Part shown: positions 9,889-19,221 of the stretch, piece after piece
How positions within the stretch are numbered: the stretch's first letter is position 1
Layout: each line of letters begins with the position of its first letter
Source of the DNA: an archaeon
Lineage (GTDB): Archaea > Nanobdellota > Nanobdellia > Woesearchaeales > GW2011-AR9
Assembly: GCA_023259115.1 (NCBI GenBank)
Contig: JAHFQW010000001.1
Coordinates: forward strand, 81,937 to 145,936
Reading direction: 5' to 3'
DNA: 64,000 nucleotides
Program-made: the position numbers and the translations under genes
Notes under the pieces: generated by a model
The model's database searches: none
What the model was told of the DNA's origin: nothing
What the model saw: only the letters and a program-made list of their open reading frames with translations

Positions 9889-10221
9889 ATGCAACAATGT
9901 GATGAATGTAGTAAGGGTGTACTGAAAAAACAGAAAGTGGATTATATGTTACTTGGACATAATTTGGGAACGTTTGATGCATTAGTGTGTAGTGTATGTA
10001 CAGAAACAATTTTTGAAGGGGATACTTTTGGACTTATTGAGCAAAGAGCAAAAGAGAAAGGGTTGTGGGGTATTTCTGCTAAAACTCGTATTGGTACGTC
10101 TGGCAATGCGTTAGATGTTAAGATTCCAAAGCAAGTGGTTTCTTTTCTTCGGTTGAAGAAAGGACAAGAAGTTTTAATTGAACCCGTTGATGAAAAACGA
10201 TTTCAAGTGCAGATTATTTAA
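9889..10221 (+). CDS. Zn-ribbon (CxxC...CxxC) plus SpoVT/AbrB-like swapped-hairpin DNA-binding protein
   Basis: Start re-assigned to MQQCDECSKG, which is preceded by a GGTGA Shine-Dalgarno-like site. C-DEC...CSVC cysteine pairs. C-terminal GNALDVKIPKQVVSFLRLKKGQEVLIEP resembles an AbrB/MazE-type domain. Confidence 0.45.
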   Translation: MQQCDECSKGVLKKQKVDYMLLGHNLGTFDALVCSVCTETIFEGDTFGLIEQRAKEKGLWGISAKTRIGTSGNALDVKIPKQVVSFLRLKKGQEVLIEPVDEKRFQVQII

Positions 10222-10269
10222 TTGAATAAAACCATAGGTTTTTTATAGTCATATTGATTTTGTGGTGGT

Positions 10270-11121
10270 ATGAAAAAATGGTTTTTGGAGTATATACATT
10301 CGTTTAGATTAGGGTTTGATTTTTGGGCGACGTTTTTAATTGATTTTATGTATTTAGGCTTGTGTATGATGATTTTTACCTGGTTTTTGGATTGGTTGAA
10401 GAATCGCTCGCAGGAGTTATTACAGAATAAAACACTTGAGGAGGTGCAAGCGATGATGGCAAGTGCACATCCGGAACAATCGTTGGTGTTTTTAGCATCA
10501 CTTAAGAATTTTTTATGGCTGGCGATTGGAGGGGTGGTATTTTTGGTTGTGGCGGCGGGATTGCTTTATTCATTATCGCGCGCGGTTATTTGGTATCATT
10601 TACTGGGTAAAAAATGGTCTTGGAAGAATTATGGGAAGTGGAATGTGTTTAATTTGGTGTTGATTATACCTCTCTTATTTTATGGCTTGTTCTATTTTAT
10701 TGGTTCGTCTATTGCGGCGTTGCTGATTAAATGGTTGATTACGTTGATACCGAGTTTGTATTTTAAATTTCCTGCTTTTTTTCAAGGGTTTACAACATTT
10801 GTGAATAGTTTTGTGAGTTTTTCGTATGGGTTGGGCGCATTGATGTTATTATTTCTGTTGTATTATACGTTTGCTACAGAGTATGTGGTGTGGGCGAGTA
10901 TTGGAAAAGCGTTTCATGTAATGAGATTGAAGAAGAAGCAATTGGCTAGAGTATTTTGGCAGGCACTACTTACAACGTTTCTATTGGCGTTAGCGGCGAT
11001 GCCACTGAGAAGCGTGATTCAAGGGATTATATTTTTATCAGTGGGTTTTGATTTAATGTTATTCTGTTTATTTGTGGCATGGCTACGATTAGGCGTGTGG
11101 AGAGTGTTAGAGGAGAATTAA
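10270..11121 (+). CDS. Polytopic integral membrane protein (hypothetical)
   Basis: Multiple long hydrophobic segments (at least 6 predicted TM helices). No catalytic motif recognised. Confidence 0.45.
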   Translation: MKKWFLEYIHSFRLGFDFWATFLIDFMYLGLCMMIFTWFLDWLKNRSQELLQNKTLEEVQAMMASAHPEQSLVFLASLKNFLWLAIGGVVFLVVAAGLLYSLSRAVIWYHLLGKKWSWKNYGKWNVFNLVLIIPLLFYGLFYFIGSSIAALLIKWLITLIPSLYFKFPAFFQGFTTFVNSFVSFSYGLGALMLLFLLYYTFATEYVVWASIGKAFHVMRLKKKQLARVFWQALLTTFLLALAAMPLRSVIQGIIFLSVGFDLMLFCLFVAWLRLGVWRVLEEN

Positions 11122-11211
11122 AGATTACTCTTAGTGTTATATGATGCTAAATATAGTGAAATTTGTAAGAAATTAAATCTCTCTCTATCAGATAAAAATT
11201 AAAAAAAATAA

Positions 11212-11409
11212 TTAACTTTTCTTGAATTCTCCTGCGATGTCAATTAATTCAAGATGGCCTAAGAATAAACCACGACAGCAGTAGCGTTCTAAACCGATAG
11301 CATCCATAGCTTTTTTAGCGGATTCACCCTTCTGAAGTCTTTCCTGGTATTCTTCCCAGAGGTGACCGATGGGTTTTGAGCAACTAAAGCAACGAATTGG
11401 AATCATCAT
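11212..11409 (-). CDS. rpoN: DNA-directed RNA polymerase subunit N (Rpb10 homologue)
   Basis: MIPIRCFSCSKPIGHLWEEY...CCRGLFLGHLELIDI shows the Rpb10/RpoN zinc-bundle signature. Located at the end of the archaeal S13-S4-S11-rpoD-L18e-L13-S9-rpoN cluster. Confidence 0.85.
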   Translation of the reverse strand: MMIPIRCFSCSKPIGHLWEEYQERLQKGESAKKAMDAIGLERYCCRGLFLGHLELIDIAGEFKKS

Positions 11410-11421
11410 GGTATTATAGCC

Positions 11422-11817
11422 TCATCTGTATGATTTTTGTCTCTTTGCACGCGGTTTGGAATCGTTTGGTTTTGATTCTTCGTTCTGACGTACGTCTGCA
11501 ACTAATAATAAACGGTCGTAATCGGTGAAGACTTTTTTGAGTTTTGAGTCAAATTGCACTAATGCCCGGGCGATGGCGAGACGAATAGCATCTGATTGGC
11601 CGTTGACGCCGCCACCTTGGACTCTGATGGAGAGATCGACTTTTGGCGCGAGTTCTGCGGCAAGCATTAAAGGTTCTGAGATACGCAAGAATGATAAGTT
11701 ATCGGTGTAATAACGGGCATCTTGACCGTTGATGGTGATTCTACCTTTTCCTGGTTTTAGGGTTGCTCGGGCAACGGCTTGTTTACGAGTTCCGATTGTT
11801 TGAATAGCATTTTTCAT
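11422..11817 (-). CDS. rps9: 30S ribosomal protein S9 (uS9)
   Basis: Conserved uS9 sequence with the C-terminal ...KRQKSYR tail. Correct operon position. Confidence 0.85.
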   Translation of the reverse strand: MKNAIQTIGTRKQAVARATLKPGKGRITINGQDARYYTDNLSFLRISEPLMLAAELAPKVDLSIRVQGGGVNGQSDAIRLAIARALVQFDSKLKKVFTDYDRLLLVADVRQNEESKPNDSKPRAKRQKSYR

Positions 11818-11830
11818 TGATTTTTTCCAC

Positions 11831-12259
11831 CTAGTTGTTTACTTTGCCACCTAATTGTTTACATACTTCGCCGACAGTCATATAGCGTAAGGAGGGGAGT
11901 TTTTTGGCTGATTCTTTTGTTAAAATAATCGCGGGTTTGTCTTTGAGTCCTATGGGTATACCAATATGGCATTGAATGCGATGAAATGCATCTTTTCCAC
12001 GTGCGAATTTCCAGGGGACCATACCACGAATAGTGCGTCGTACATAGCGATCGGGTAAGCGGGAGAATTTAGCACTCTTTAATGGATAGCCTTTGCGCAA
12101 ACGGCGTTCTCTTTCATGTTCTACCGTGGTTATTTTGTGTCCGCTGATAATGCTTTTTTCGCAGTTAATTACATGAACTTCTTCACCTAAGAGAGCATCT
12201 TTTGCGACAATGGTGGCTAGACGTCCTAGGATTATACCTTCTGCGTTGTAGATTTTCAT
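11831..12259 (-). CDS. rpl13: 50S ribosomal protein L13 (uL13)
   Basis: uL13-like sequence (MKIYNAEGIILGRLAT...). 4-nt overlap with L18e. Correct operon position. Confidence 0.85.
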   Translation of the reverse strand: MKIYNAEGIILGRLATIVAKDALLGEEVHVINCEKSIISGHKITTVEHERERRLRKGYPLKSAKFSRLPDRYVRRTIRGMVPWKFARGKDAFHRIQCHIGIPIGLKDKPAIILTKESAKKLPSLRYMTVGEVCKQLGGKVNN

Positions 12260-12615
12260 CCGATGATCCTCACGTTTTTCCCTTGTGGGTTTTCTTTGAT
12301 TAATTCTTGAATGCTAAGTGTTCTGCCTTTTGCTTGGTTGATTTTAAGTTTTGCTTCAGTTGAGAAGTTTAATGCGGCGACGTTGACTTTTTTGGAAATG
12401 TTGCCTACACTTAAGACTTTTCCTGGGACAATAATGGTTTCACCATCTTGGGCTACTTTGTCAAGGGTGTAGATGTTGACAATTCGGCGTTGACGAGTGG
12501 AACGTGCTACGTCTTCCATGATGCGTTTCCAAAATCTGCTGGTGACAGCTTTTGCTTGCAGTTCTACTATAAGCTGCTGCAGTTGATAATTGGTTGGCCC
12601 TGTGCGTTTTGTCAT
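12256..12615 (-). CDS. rpl18e: 50S ribosomal protein L18e (eL18)
   Basis: eL18-like sequence (TNYQLQQLIVEL...VPGKVLSVG...VAALNFS). Archaeal and eukaryotic-only r-protein. Correct operon position. Confidence 0.8.
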   Translation of the reverse strand: MTKRTGPTNYQLQQLIVELQAKAVTSRFWKRIMEDVARSTRQRRIVNIYTLDKVAQDGETIIVPGKVLSVGNISKKVNVAALNFSTEAKLKINQAKGRTLSIQELIKENPQGKNVRIIG

Positions 12616-12648
12616 GTGATGTCTCTTGGAATATTATGGTTATTATTT

Positions 12649-13431
12649 CTATAATTGTTTTTCTAGTGCTTCGATTTTTTCGATTAAGATGTCCGCACTT
12701 TTGGTTAAGATTTCTTTGTTTGTAAGTTGTCCCCAGTTTTCAAGGGTGAAGATGATGTTGTCGCTGTATTCAACGGTAATACCTTTGTCAAGTTCAGCAT
12801 AGTATTCAATGAGATTACTGTCATAGATTTTTTCTTCATTGAGTTCGAGCTTTTTGTTTTTAAGTGTGAAGACGCCATCGGTTGATTTTTCTGCAACTAA
12901 GTCTGGTTTTTCTACTTTGCCTACTTTGATTATTGGTTCTTTTTTGTAGTAAGCCCAACCTGGCGACCATTTGGTGTGTTCGCGTCCTCTACCTAAGATG
13001 GCGGTCATGGTGACATCCAGTTTTTGTTTTGAGAGTAATTTTGCGGCAGGCATTTTTTCGTAGACAAATGTACATTTAGGATCGGCACTTACGGCTTCTC
13101 CAGCATAGACGTAGCCTTTTTTGCTGGCTTTTAATGTAATTTTTAATTCACATTGTGCGCAACCTGCACCGGCGCATTTACATTGTTCTTTGAGATTGTA
13201 ACTTTTTAAGTCAGTTTTGATAGGGATGAGTCCGAGACGCAGGGCAAGCATTTCATCGTATAAAGAGGAGCTGTTGTCTTTGATTTCTACGTCTTCTACT
13301 GCAAGAGTTGGCACTTCTTCTACAATGAGGCGGCGAATAGTGTTTGCAAATACTTCGTTTGTGCCTTTGAGTAGGAAGATTATACTTCCCTTCTTTTTCT
13401 CTTCACGAATTTTTTCAATTTTGATGGACAT
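12649..13431 (-). CDS. rpoD: DNA-directed RNA polymerase subunit D (Rpb3 homologue) with Fe-S cysteine cluster
   Basis: Rpb3/RpoD-like dimerisation domain. CKCAGAGCAQCE cysteine motif typical of the archaeal RpoD 4Fe-4S domain. Position between S11 and L18e. Confidence 0.8.
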   Translation of the reverse strand: MSIKIEKIREEKKKGSIIFLLKGTNEVFANTIRRLIVEEVPTLAVEDVEIKDNSSSLYDEMLALRLGLIPIKTDLKSYNLKEQCKCAGAGCAQCELKITLKASKKGYVYAGEAVSADPKCTFVYEKMPAAKLLSKQKLDVTMTAILGRGREHTKWSPGWAYYKKEPIIKVGKVEKPDLVAEKSTDGVFTLKNKKLELNEEKIYDSNLIEYYAELDKGITVEYSDNIIFTLENWGQLTNKEILTKSADILIEKIEALEKQL

Positions 13432-13501
13432 GTTGTTTGTTTAATTGTTTATTTTGATTTTTTTTATTTAATTAAATGGTGATGTTATTTGTGTAATTGA
13501 T

Positions 13502-13933
13502 TTATACCCGTCGTCCTCGTCTTCCACCTTTCATACGGCAACCATTGTGTGGTTCTGGGGTGACTTCTTCGATTTTTCCTATACGCATACCAATACGGGA
13601 GAGGGCACGAATGGCGGCTTGTGCTCCGGGCCCGGGATTTTTTGCGCCGTTTTGTCCGCCTTGTGCGCGAACACGAATATATAATCCTGTAATGCCTTTT
13701 TCACGGCAGATTTCTGCGACTTTTTTGGCAGCGCCCATGGCGGCAGTGGGTGAACTTTCTAAGCGATCAGATTTTACAATTTGACCCCCGGATGATCGAG
13801 CGATGGTCTCAGTTCCGGTGATATCGGTGATAGTGATAATGGTGTTGTTATAGGAGGAATAAATGTGAGCGATACCCCAGCGAAGTCTTTGATTCATGGC
13901 AGGAGATTCTTGGCGTTGTTCTGGTTCTGCCAT
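13502..13933 (-). CDS. rps11: 30S ribosomal protein S11 (uS11)
   Basis: [21 protein letters not shown] and the C-terminal ...[16 protein letters not shown] are hallmark uS11 segments. Start moved to the internal Met (MAEPEQ). Confidence 0.85.
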   Translation of the reverse strand: MAEPEQRQESPAMNQRLRWGIAHIYSSYNNTIITITDITGTETIARSSGGQIVKSDRLESSPTAAMGAAKKVAEICREKGITGLYIRVRAQGGQNGAKNPGPGAQAAIRALSRIGMRIGKIEEVTPEPHNGCRMKGGRRGRRV

Positions 13934-13950
13934 TTTGGTTGGTGCGGGTT

Positions 13951-14610
13951 TCATGCGGATGTTTCCTCAACGTTTTTGACAATTTCTTTCACTTCTGTTT
14001 CTTCTGCGGTTTCTGTTGATTGGTCTGTTTTTTCTTTTTTAGTTGTTTTCTTTTTTGGTTTGACGCTTTCGGCTTCTGCGTGTATTTCTTCAGCTTTTAC
14101 AACTACACGTTCGGGATGATCGGCGCTAGCGAGAGCAGATGTGGGTTTGAATGTAAGCTGTGATTCTTCTTCAAGGGTGAGCAGATATGAGGGAGAGGTG
14201 ATTTGTTTATTCCCAATGAGAACGTGTCTGTGGGTGATAAATTGACGAGCTTGTTTCATAGAGCGCGCAAAACCCTTACGAAATAAGATGCTTTGAAGAC
14301 GGCGGTCAAGAATGTCTTTGGTTTCTAATCCTAAAATTTGATCCAGAGGTGCGCCAACGGGGAGCAAGCCAAGACGCAGCAATTTTTCGATGATCATCTT
14401 TTTTTCTTTTTCGGCTTGTGTACTTTTATCTGCAATTAATTTTTTAGAAATGTCTTTGTATTTTTTTAAGAAGGAGATGGCGATGTAGATTTCTTTTTTG
14501 TTGACGAGACCATAGTCGTTTTTGAGTTTACGCTCTGTTTCGATAGCGTTTTTGTTCCAAGGATGAACGGGACTTTGGTACTTTTTCTTTAATTTTTTTG
14601 GATCTCCCAT
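13951..14610 (-). CDS. rps4: 30S ribosomal protein S4 (uS4) with Lys/Glu-rich C-terminal extension
   Basis: uS4 N-terminal segment ([18 protein letters not shown]...). Followed by a ~60 aa K/E/T-rich tail ([36 protein letters not shown]). Confidence 0.8.
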   Translation of the reverse strand: MGDPKKLKKKYQSPVHPWNKNAIETERKLKNDYGLVNKKEIYIAISFLKKYKDISKKLIADKSTQAEKEKKMIIEKLLRLGLLPVGAPLDQILGLETKDILDRRLQSILFRKGFARSMKQARQFITHRHVLIGNKQITSPSYLLTLEEESQLTFKPTSALASADHPERVVVKAEEIHAEAESVKPKKKTTKKEKTDQSTETAEETEVKEIVKNVEETSA

Positions 14611-14649
14611 GGTATTATATTTTTAAATTAATTTTAAATTAAATATGGT

Positions 14650-15150
14650 TTATTTTTTTCCTTTTGGTTTTTCATCAGATTTGCCGCTATCTGATTTGGC
14701 TGGTTCTTTCTTCTTAGCGACTCCAACGACTTTACCTTTGTTCTTACGGAAGTTAGCTTTTGTGCGCTGACCACGTGTAGGTTGGCCTTGGATGTGTCGT
14801 ACACCACGATAGCATTTGATTTTTTTGAGGCGTTTAAGATCGTTTTCTTGTGTGAAAGTTAAAGAACTGGTGATGAGGTGTTTGTTTTCGCCGGTGTCGT
14901 AATCTTTACGGCGGTTGAAGAACCAGGTAGGAATACCTGCGGGTTGGTTGATTAATTGGGTGATTTTAGCAACTTCTTCAGGTGATAATGTTCCTGTCTT
15001 TTTATGCGGATCGATAGTGGTAATATTACAGATAACGCGGGCGAAGTTGATGCCAATGCCTTTGATACCTGTGAGAGAGAAGGCAACGGGCTTATTTCCG
15101 GGTAGGTCTACGTTGGAAATACGTACGATATGTTTGAATTCTTCGGCCAT
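14650..15150 (-). CDS. rps13: 30S ribosomal protein S13 (uS13) with basic C-terminal tail
   Basis: MAEEFKHIVRISNVDLPGNKPVAFSLTGIKGIG is a typical uS13 N-terminus. First gene of the cluster. Confidence 0.85.
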   Translation of the reverse strand: MAEEFKHIVRISNVDLPGNKPVAFSLTGIKGIGINFARVICNITTIDPHKKTGTLSPEEVAKITQLINQPAGIPTWFFNRRKDYDTGENKHLITSSLTFTQENDLKRLKKIKCYRGVRHIQGQPTRGQRTKANFRKNKGKVVGVAKKKEPAKSDSGKSDEKPKGKK

Positions 15151-15323
15151 TTTATATGTAGTCTTGAGAATGAGCGCACTTAATCTTACCGTTTATGACT
15201 CTTACGGAAGCCCTATACGCTGTTCACTCGGACTTGGTAGGTTAGTGAAAAAAGAGGTTATTTATAAAGGTTTTGGTTTTTGAGATTTTGGAGAGATTAA
15301 ATCGAAGAATGAAGTAGATATAC

Positions 15324-15363
15324 GGGCGGCACTCATTAATCAAGTAGTTTGTTAGTGCCGCCC
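15324..15363 (+). promoter_or_regulatory. 10-bp perfect hairpin (GGGCGGCACT...AGTGCCGCCC) in the divergent promoter region upstream of the rps13 operon, followed by palindromic TATA-containing CCGTATATAAATACGG
   Basis: Seen directly. Lies ~170 nt upstream of the rps13 start and ~170 nt upstream of the 15533 gene. Confidence 0.35.
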
Positions 15364-15532
15364 TATGCACAGAAATTACGATTTTTGGCATGCAGGAAAC
15401 GGCGGTTTCCCCGTATATAAATACGGCTTTTATATGTTCAATAATTTACTGCCGTATCTATATTTCGTAGATTTTAAATAGGGGGTGTGAAAAAGCAGAT
15501 GTATAGCAGATGTACACGTATATGTTATTCAA

Positions 15533-16075
15533 ATGTTTGGTGAACAAGGGTTACAGTTTTGTGCTATCGATAAATCTGATAATGGGAGGGAAATTGTTAT
15601 GACTATTACTGGTGGATTGGGGATTTCGTATACTTCGGGGGCTTTTTCTTCGAGAGAAGAATTGAGACAAAGCCATGATTTGGTTACAGGGTTGTATGCG
15701 TTTGTGGGATTGTTACGTATTCTCTCTGGTCGTGATAAAGAAGTTGAGATGGATCTTTATTATTTTGATAGAACGGGCTTGGATAAGAGTTCTGCGGTGA
15801 TACAAGAGGCTTATGTGAGTCATTCTCGTGAGGGAGAGTTAGAAGTTGCACTTGTGCTTTGGGATAAAAGAGCTAGTTGTGAGAAATGGGATTTAGATAC
15901 TTGGGCGACGGCGAATTTGATGCAATTTTCTGGTTCTGAGTATGTTGATGAGTTGGTGGGCAGAACATTGTGTGTGTATCGGAAGGGAATAGAGAAGATA
16001 CAGGGATTGTCTTATGTGCAGTCGGAGTCGATTTCTACCCTGCAGGAGTTGCGTCGAGTTGGGCGAGAATTGTAG
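15533..16075 (+). CDS. Hypothetical protein
   Basis: ORF only. No motif recognised. Confidence 0.3.
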   Translation: MFGEQGLQFCAIDKSDNGREIVMTITGGLGISYTSGAFSSREELRQSHDLVTGLYAFVGLLRILSGRDKEVEMDLYYFDRTGLDKSSAVIQEAYVSHSREGELEVALVLWDKRASCEKWDLDTWATANLMQFSGSEYVDELVGRTLCVYRKGIEKIQGLSYVQSESISTLQELRRVGREL

Positions 16076-16161
16076 GTTTCAATTATTTTTTTTACTTTTG
16101 ATTAAGTAATATAGTCTTGATTAAATATATTTTTATAAATTTAGGGGTGATTTAGATTTTT

Positions 16162-16902
16162 ATGACGTATTTAATTGGTATTGCTGGAGGTTCTGGTTCT
16201 GGAAAAGGTACGATTGCGACTCTTATGGAGAAGCATTTGTCGTTGTGGGGGTTGAAGGCGTTGGTGTTTTCAACAGATGATTGTTACAAAGATTTGAGTT
16301 ATATGGATAAGATTGAGAGAGATGGGTTGTGTTTTAATCCGAATTTTAATTTTGATCACCCTAAGTGTGTGGATTTTGAGCGGATGGTGGCGTATGCGCA
16401 GAATTTGAAAGGGGGCAGGGCGTTTGGCTATAGACAATATGATTTTTCTGTGCATTCGTATGGGCGAGAAGTGAGGGATGTGCCGGGAAATTTGGATGTG
16501 GCAATTGTTGAGGGAATTTATGCGTTGTATGCGGGCGGGGAGATTGATAATAAACTGATATCTTTGTATGATCAGAAGTTGTTTGTGATCACTACGCCTG
16601 AATTGGCGAATAACCGGCGTATACGTCGAGATGTTCGTGAACGAGGAAGGGAGTTATCGCATGTGCTGCGGCAACTGGATACAACGGTTGTGCCTATGTA
16701 TCAGAAATTTATCTACCCTATGCAGGTGCATGCAGATGATGTGATTGATTGGCGGGTGGATGAGACGAAGAGTTTGGAGGCTGTGAAGAGTCAGTTGATT
16801 ACGATTGCACGGCAGAAGGCGGTATCAGTGTATGAAAAAGTGAGAGAAGCGGTGCTTGCGGAGTTAGATTTGGAAGATGTGGTGATTGAAGGGATTGGGT
16901 GA
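16162..16902 (+). CDS. udk: Uridine kinase / phosphoribulokinase-family P-loop kinase
   Basis: N-terminal P-loop LIGIAGGSGSGKGT is near-identical to the uridine kinase Walker A region. Size ~240 aa. Confidence 0.6.
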   Translation: MTYLIGIAGGSGSGKGTIATLMEKHLSLWGLKALVFSTDDCYKDLSYMDKIERDGLCFNPNFNFDHPKCVDFERMVAYAQNLKGGRAFGYRQYDFSVHSYGREVRDVPGNLDVAIVEGIYALYAGGEIDNKLISLYDQKLFVITTPELANNRRIRRDVRERGRELSHVLRQLDTTVVPMYQKFIYPMQVHADDVIDWRVDETKSLEAVKSQLITIARQKAVSVYEKVREAVLAELDLEDVVIEGIG

Positions 16903-16904
16903 GA

Positions 16905-17441
16905 TTATTTGTTGAGAAAAAGTAGATTTTCTGGTGCGAGATATTTTGTAGGAGGATAATTATTGGAAAGAGTGTCAAAATCGTAATATATTTCTCTTCC
17001 ATCAATAGTACCGGTTGTTTCTCCTGGGGCGGCAGGTTGAAGTGTTCGTGTTTTATTTTTTGTTATATCTTCGATAATTAGAAAATATCTGGGAAATAAG
17101 TAGTTGGGTAGTATTTCTGTTTTTATCGCACCACAAATACGAGGAACATTTTTACCTTGTTCATGTGCTTTGATGATCTGATCTATATAATTCTCGTATT
17201 CTGCTGTTATATCTTCTTCGTCATAGGCAATTCCAATATATTCACGTGTGGCGAGGTGGATATTTTCGATAGTTCCAATATGAAAATGGATGTTATGTTT
17301 TCCAGCACCTAGTGGGGTGATGGTTGGATGGTTAATGAGCAGAAGTCTATCTGTATACGCGTATGTTCTTATATTCTCTATGAGGTCTTTGGTTGTGAGA
17401 ATTTGCTCTTTGAGATGCAAAAAGTATTCAAATGGATTCAT
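16905..17441 (-). CDS. Hypothetical protein
   Basis: ORF only. Confidence 0.3.
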   Translation of the reverse strand: MNPFEYFLHLKEQILTTKDLIENIRTYAYTDRLLLINHPTITPLGAGKHNIHFHIGTIENIHLATREYIGIAYDEEDITAEYENYIDQIIKAHEQGKNVPRICGAIKTEILPNYLFPRYFLIIEDITKNKTRTLQPAAPGETTGTIDGREIYYDFDTLSNNYPPTKYLAPENLLFLNK

Positions 17442-17505
17442 AGTATGTCTTTTTTTTTGACTTATTTAATTAGTTTTCGGTTCAATTGTGGTGTTATTAT
17501 TGTCT

Positions 17506-19146
17506 TTAACTATTATTACATTTATTATTAGTTGAATCAGACTCGTTTGTTGTCATTTGTTGTGTTTCTGATATTGCTTCTTGCTTTTTTCTTCCGCGTT
17601 TTGGTTTGTTTTCCTCTTCTTGGGATTGTTCGAGATGGATTTTCCATTTCAATAATGTGTAGTTGGCGGGGTTTTTGATTTTGGCGCAAAATGAATCTGG
17701 ATGGCAGAGGTTAAGACTTTTGTAGTAGCCTTCGTTGTTGCAGTTGGGGGGAAGGCGTTCATTGGGGATGAAGTGGTGCAATTGGCTCTTGAGGTAGACT
17801 TCGCGCAGGGGTTGGGGATTTTTTTCTTTGTTCCAGTTTGCCAAAAATTCTTCTATGTCGTTTTTGTTCCAACCAATTTTACCAAGATAGTTTGTGAGGA
17901 TGAAGATGCCGCGTTTTTTTCCATCTTCAACTCCTGTGAGAAGCCGTTTTATGCAGGGGGGAAAGAATTCTTCGGTTATGGGACTTTGGATGATGAGTTC
18001 GTTGTAGGGTGGGGATTTTTTGAGTGATTTTTTTTCTATGGCAAATTCTTCTTTTACTTTGAAATCTAATGCTTGAGTTAAGAGATAGCGAGCGGATTGG
18101 GCAGTGATGTTATGGCGAGGTATGAATGTTGGGCTTTGCGTTGTGATGAGAGGAATGTTTTCGGGTTTTGCGGTTGATTTTTCAAAGGTGAGGACGTTTT
18201 TTGGTTCGATGGGGATGCTGACCAGGCCGGATTTTTCGTGCAGGCTGTAGGGCATTCTGTAGAGGTGGCGTGATGAGATGAGAATGGTATCAATTTCAAT
18301 TATGGTTGATGGTTCAAAGTGAAGAGTGGAGGTGTTGGAGCCACAAGAACAGAGGGTGTTTTTGGTCTCGATTTTTTCCATGAGGATGTGGCATTTTTCA
18401 CATTGCACATAGTCTTGTTCGATTTGATATTTCTGATCGCATTTTGGACAGATAAATTCAGTTGTTTGGTGAGTGGTTTCTGATTTTTTTGTGGTTATTT
18501 TCTTTTTGCATTCGCTGCATTTTCGGATGAGGAATTCTTTTTCTCCAAATTTTTCTTTGAGTTGGGCTATGGTGAAAGGATAATTATTGTCAAAGATTAT
18601 GGTGTCGTTTTCAATTTTGATATACTTTGTGGTTATATGGTTGAGGAGGTATTCTGATATTTTTCTAGGTAATTCGGGGAAGAGATGTTTGACTTTTGTT
18701 TGGGCGATTTCGGGAGGGAAGGCTTCATAGGGGACTGCAATATGAAAGCCTTTGTTGCCGGAGAATTTACAGCTGATGTCTTGTACTTGGTTCTGGGCTA
18801 ATGCTTTTATAAATAAGTGGGTGGTGAGTTTGGAGAATTCCCAATCAGGACAGTCGATGTCTAATACTAAGTCCCAGCCGATACGAAGGGTTTCCATCTC
18901 TTGTTTGGTAATTGTGCTGCTCAGGTTGAGGGGGTTGCTCCAGAGTTCTTCACTGCAATGAAATGAGCTGAGGCCGTTGAGGGCGAGTTCTAAAACATCT
19001 TTGGGGTAGGTGAGGGTGTCGGGGCGTTTGCCGAAGAATTCGTTGTAGCGCATGCCGATTTCTTTGTTTTTGGCGTGTTCTACTATTGCTTCTTGGATGT
19101 CTTTACGTTTGTAGAATTTGAGGCAGATGGATTTGTCAAGAGGCAT
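17506..19146 (-). CDS. priS: DNA primase: catalytic small subunit (PriS) fused to a C-terminal PriL/PriX-like Fe-S helical domain
   Basis: WDLVLDIDCPD (DxD catalytic motif of the AEP primase). Internal CxxC...CxxC zinc ribbon. C-terminal four-Cys segment (PPCIKRLL...NCNNEG...LCHPDSFC) resembles the PriL-CTD Fe-S domain. Start set at MPLDKS to avoid overlap with the divergent neighbour. Confidence 0.65.
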   Translation of the reverse strand: MPLDKSICLKFYKRKDIQEAIVEHAKNKEIGMRYNEFFGKRPDTLTYPKDVLELALNGLSSFHCSEELWSNPLNLSSTITKQEMETLRIGWDLVLDIDCPDWEFSKLTTHLFIKALAQNQVQDISCKFSGNKGFHIAVPYEAFPPEIAQTKVKHLFPELPRKISEYLLNHITTKYIKIENDTIIFDNNYPFTIAQLKEKFGEKEFLIRKCSECKKKITTKKSETTHQTTEFICPKCDQKYQIEQDYVQCEKCHILMEKIETKNTLCSCGSNTSTLHFEPSTIIEIDTILISSRHLYRMPYSLHEKSGLVSIPIEPKNVLTFEKSTAKPENIPLITTQSPTFIPRHNITAQSARYLLTQALDFKVKEEFAIEKKSLKKSPPYNELIIQSPITEEFFPPCIKRLLTGVEDGKKRGIFILTNYLGKIGWNKNDIEEFLANWNKEKNPQPLREVYLKSQLHHFIPNERLPPNCNNEGYYKSLNLCHPDSFCAKIKNPANYTLLKWKIHLEQSQEEENKPKRGRKKQEAISETQQMTTNESDSTNNKCNNS

Positions 19147-19221
19147 TTGGATTGTGGATTTTTTGAGATTTAAATACTTTTGTTTCCTAAGGTTAATAAA
19201 GAGTTGTTTGAAATCTAATTT

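Noticed and set aside
13497-13784. Plus-strand 95-aa ORF (and many other 60-110-aa ORFs antisense to large genes, e.g. 1302-1508, 2713-3039, 6564-6862, 8123-8737, 49263-50233, 57243-57974)
   Set aside because: They are embedded antisense within well-supported long CDSs (ribosomal protein S11, giant proteins, subtilases). They have biased low-complexity composition and are treated as spurious.
15324-15363. Possible tRNA at the GGGCGGC...GCCGCCC hairpin
   Set aside because: It is a simple 10-bp stem with a 20-nt loop. No D, anticodon or T arms can be formed.
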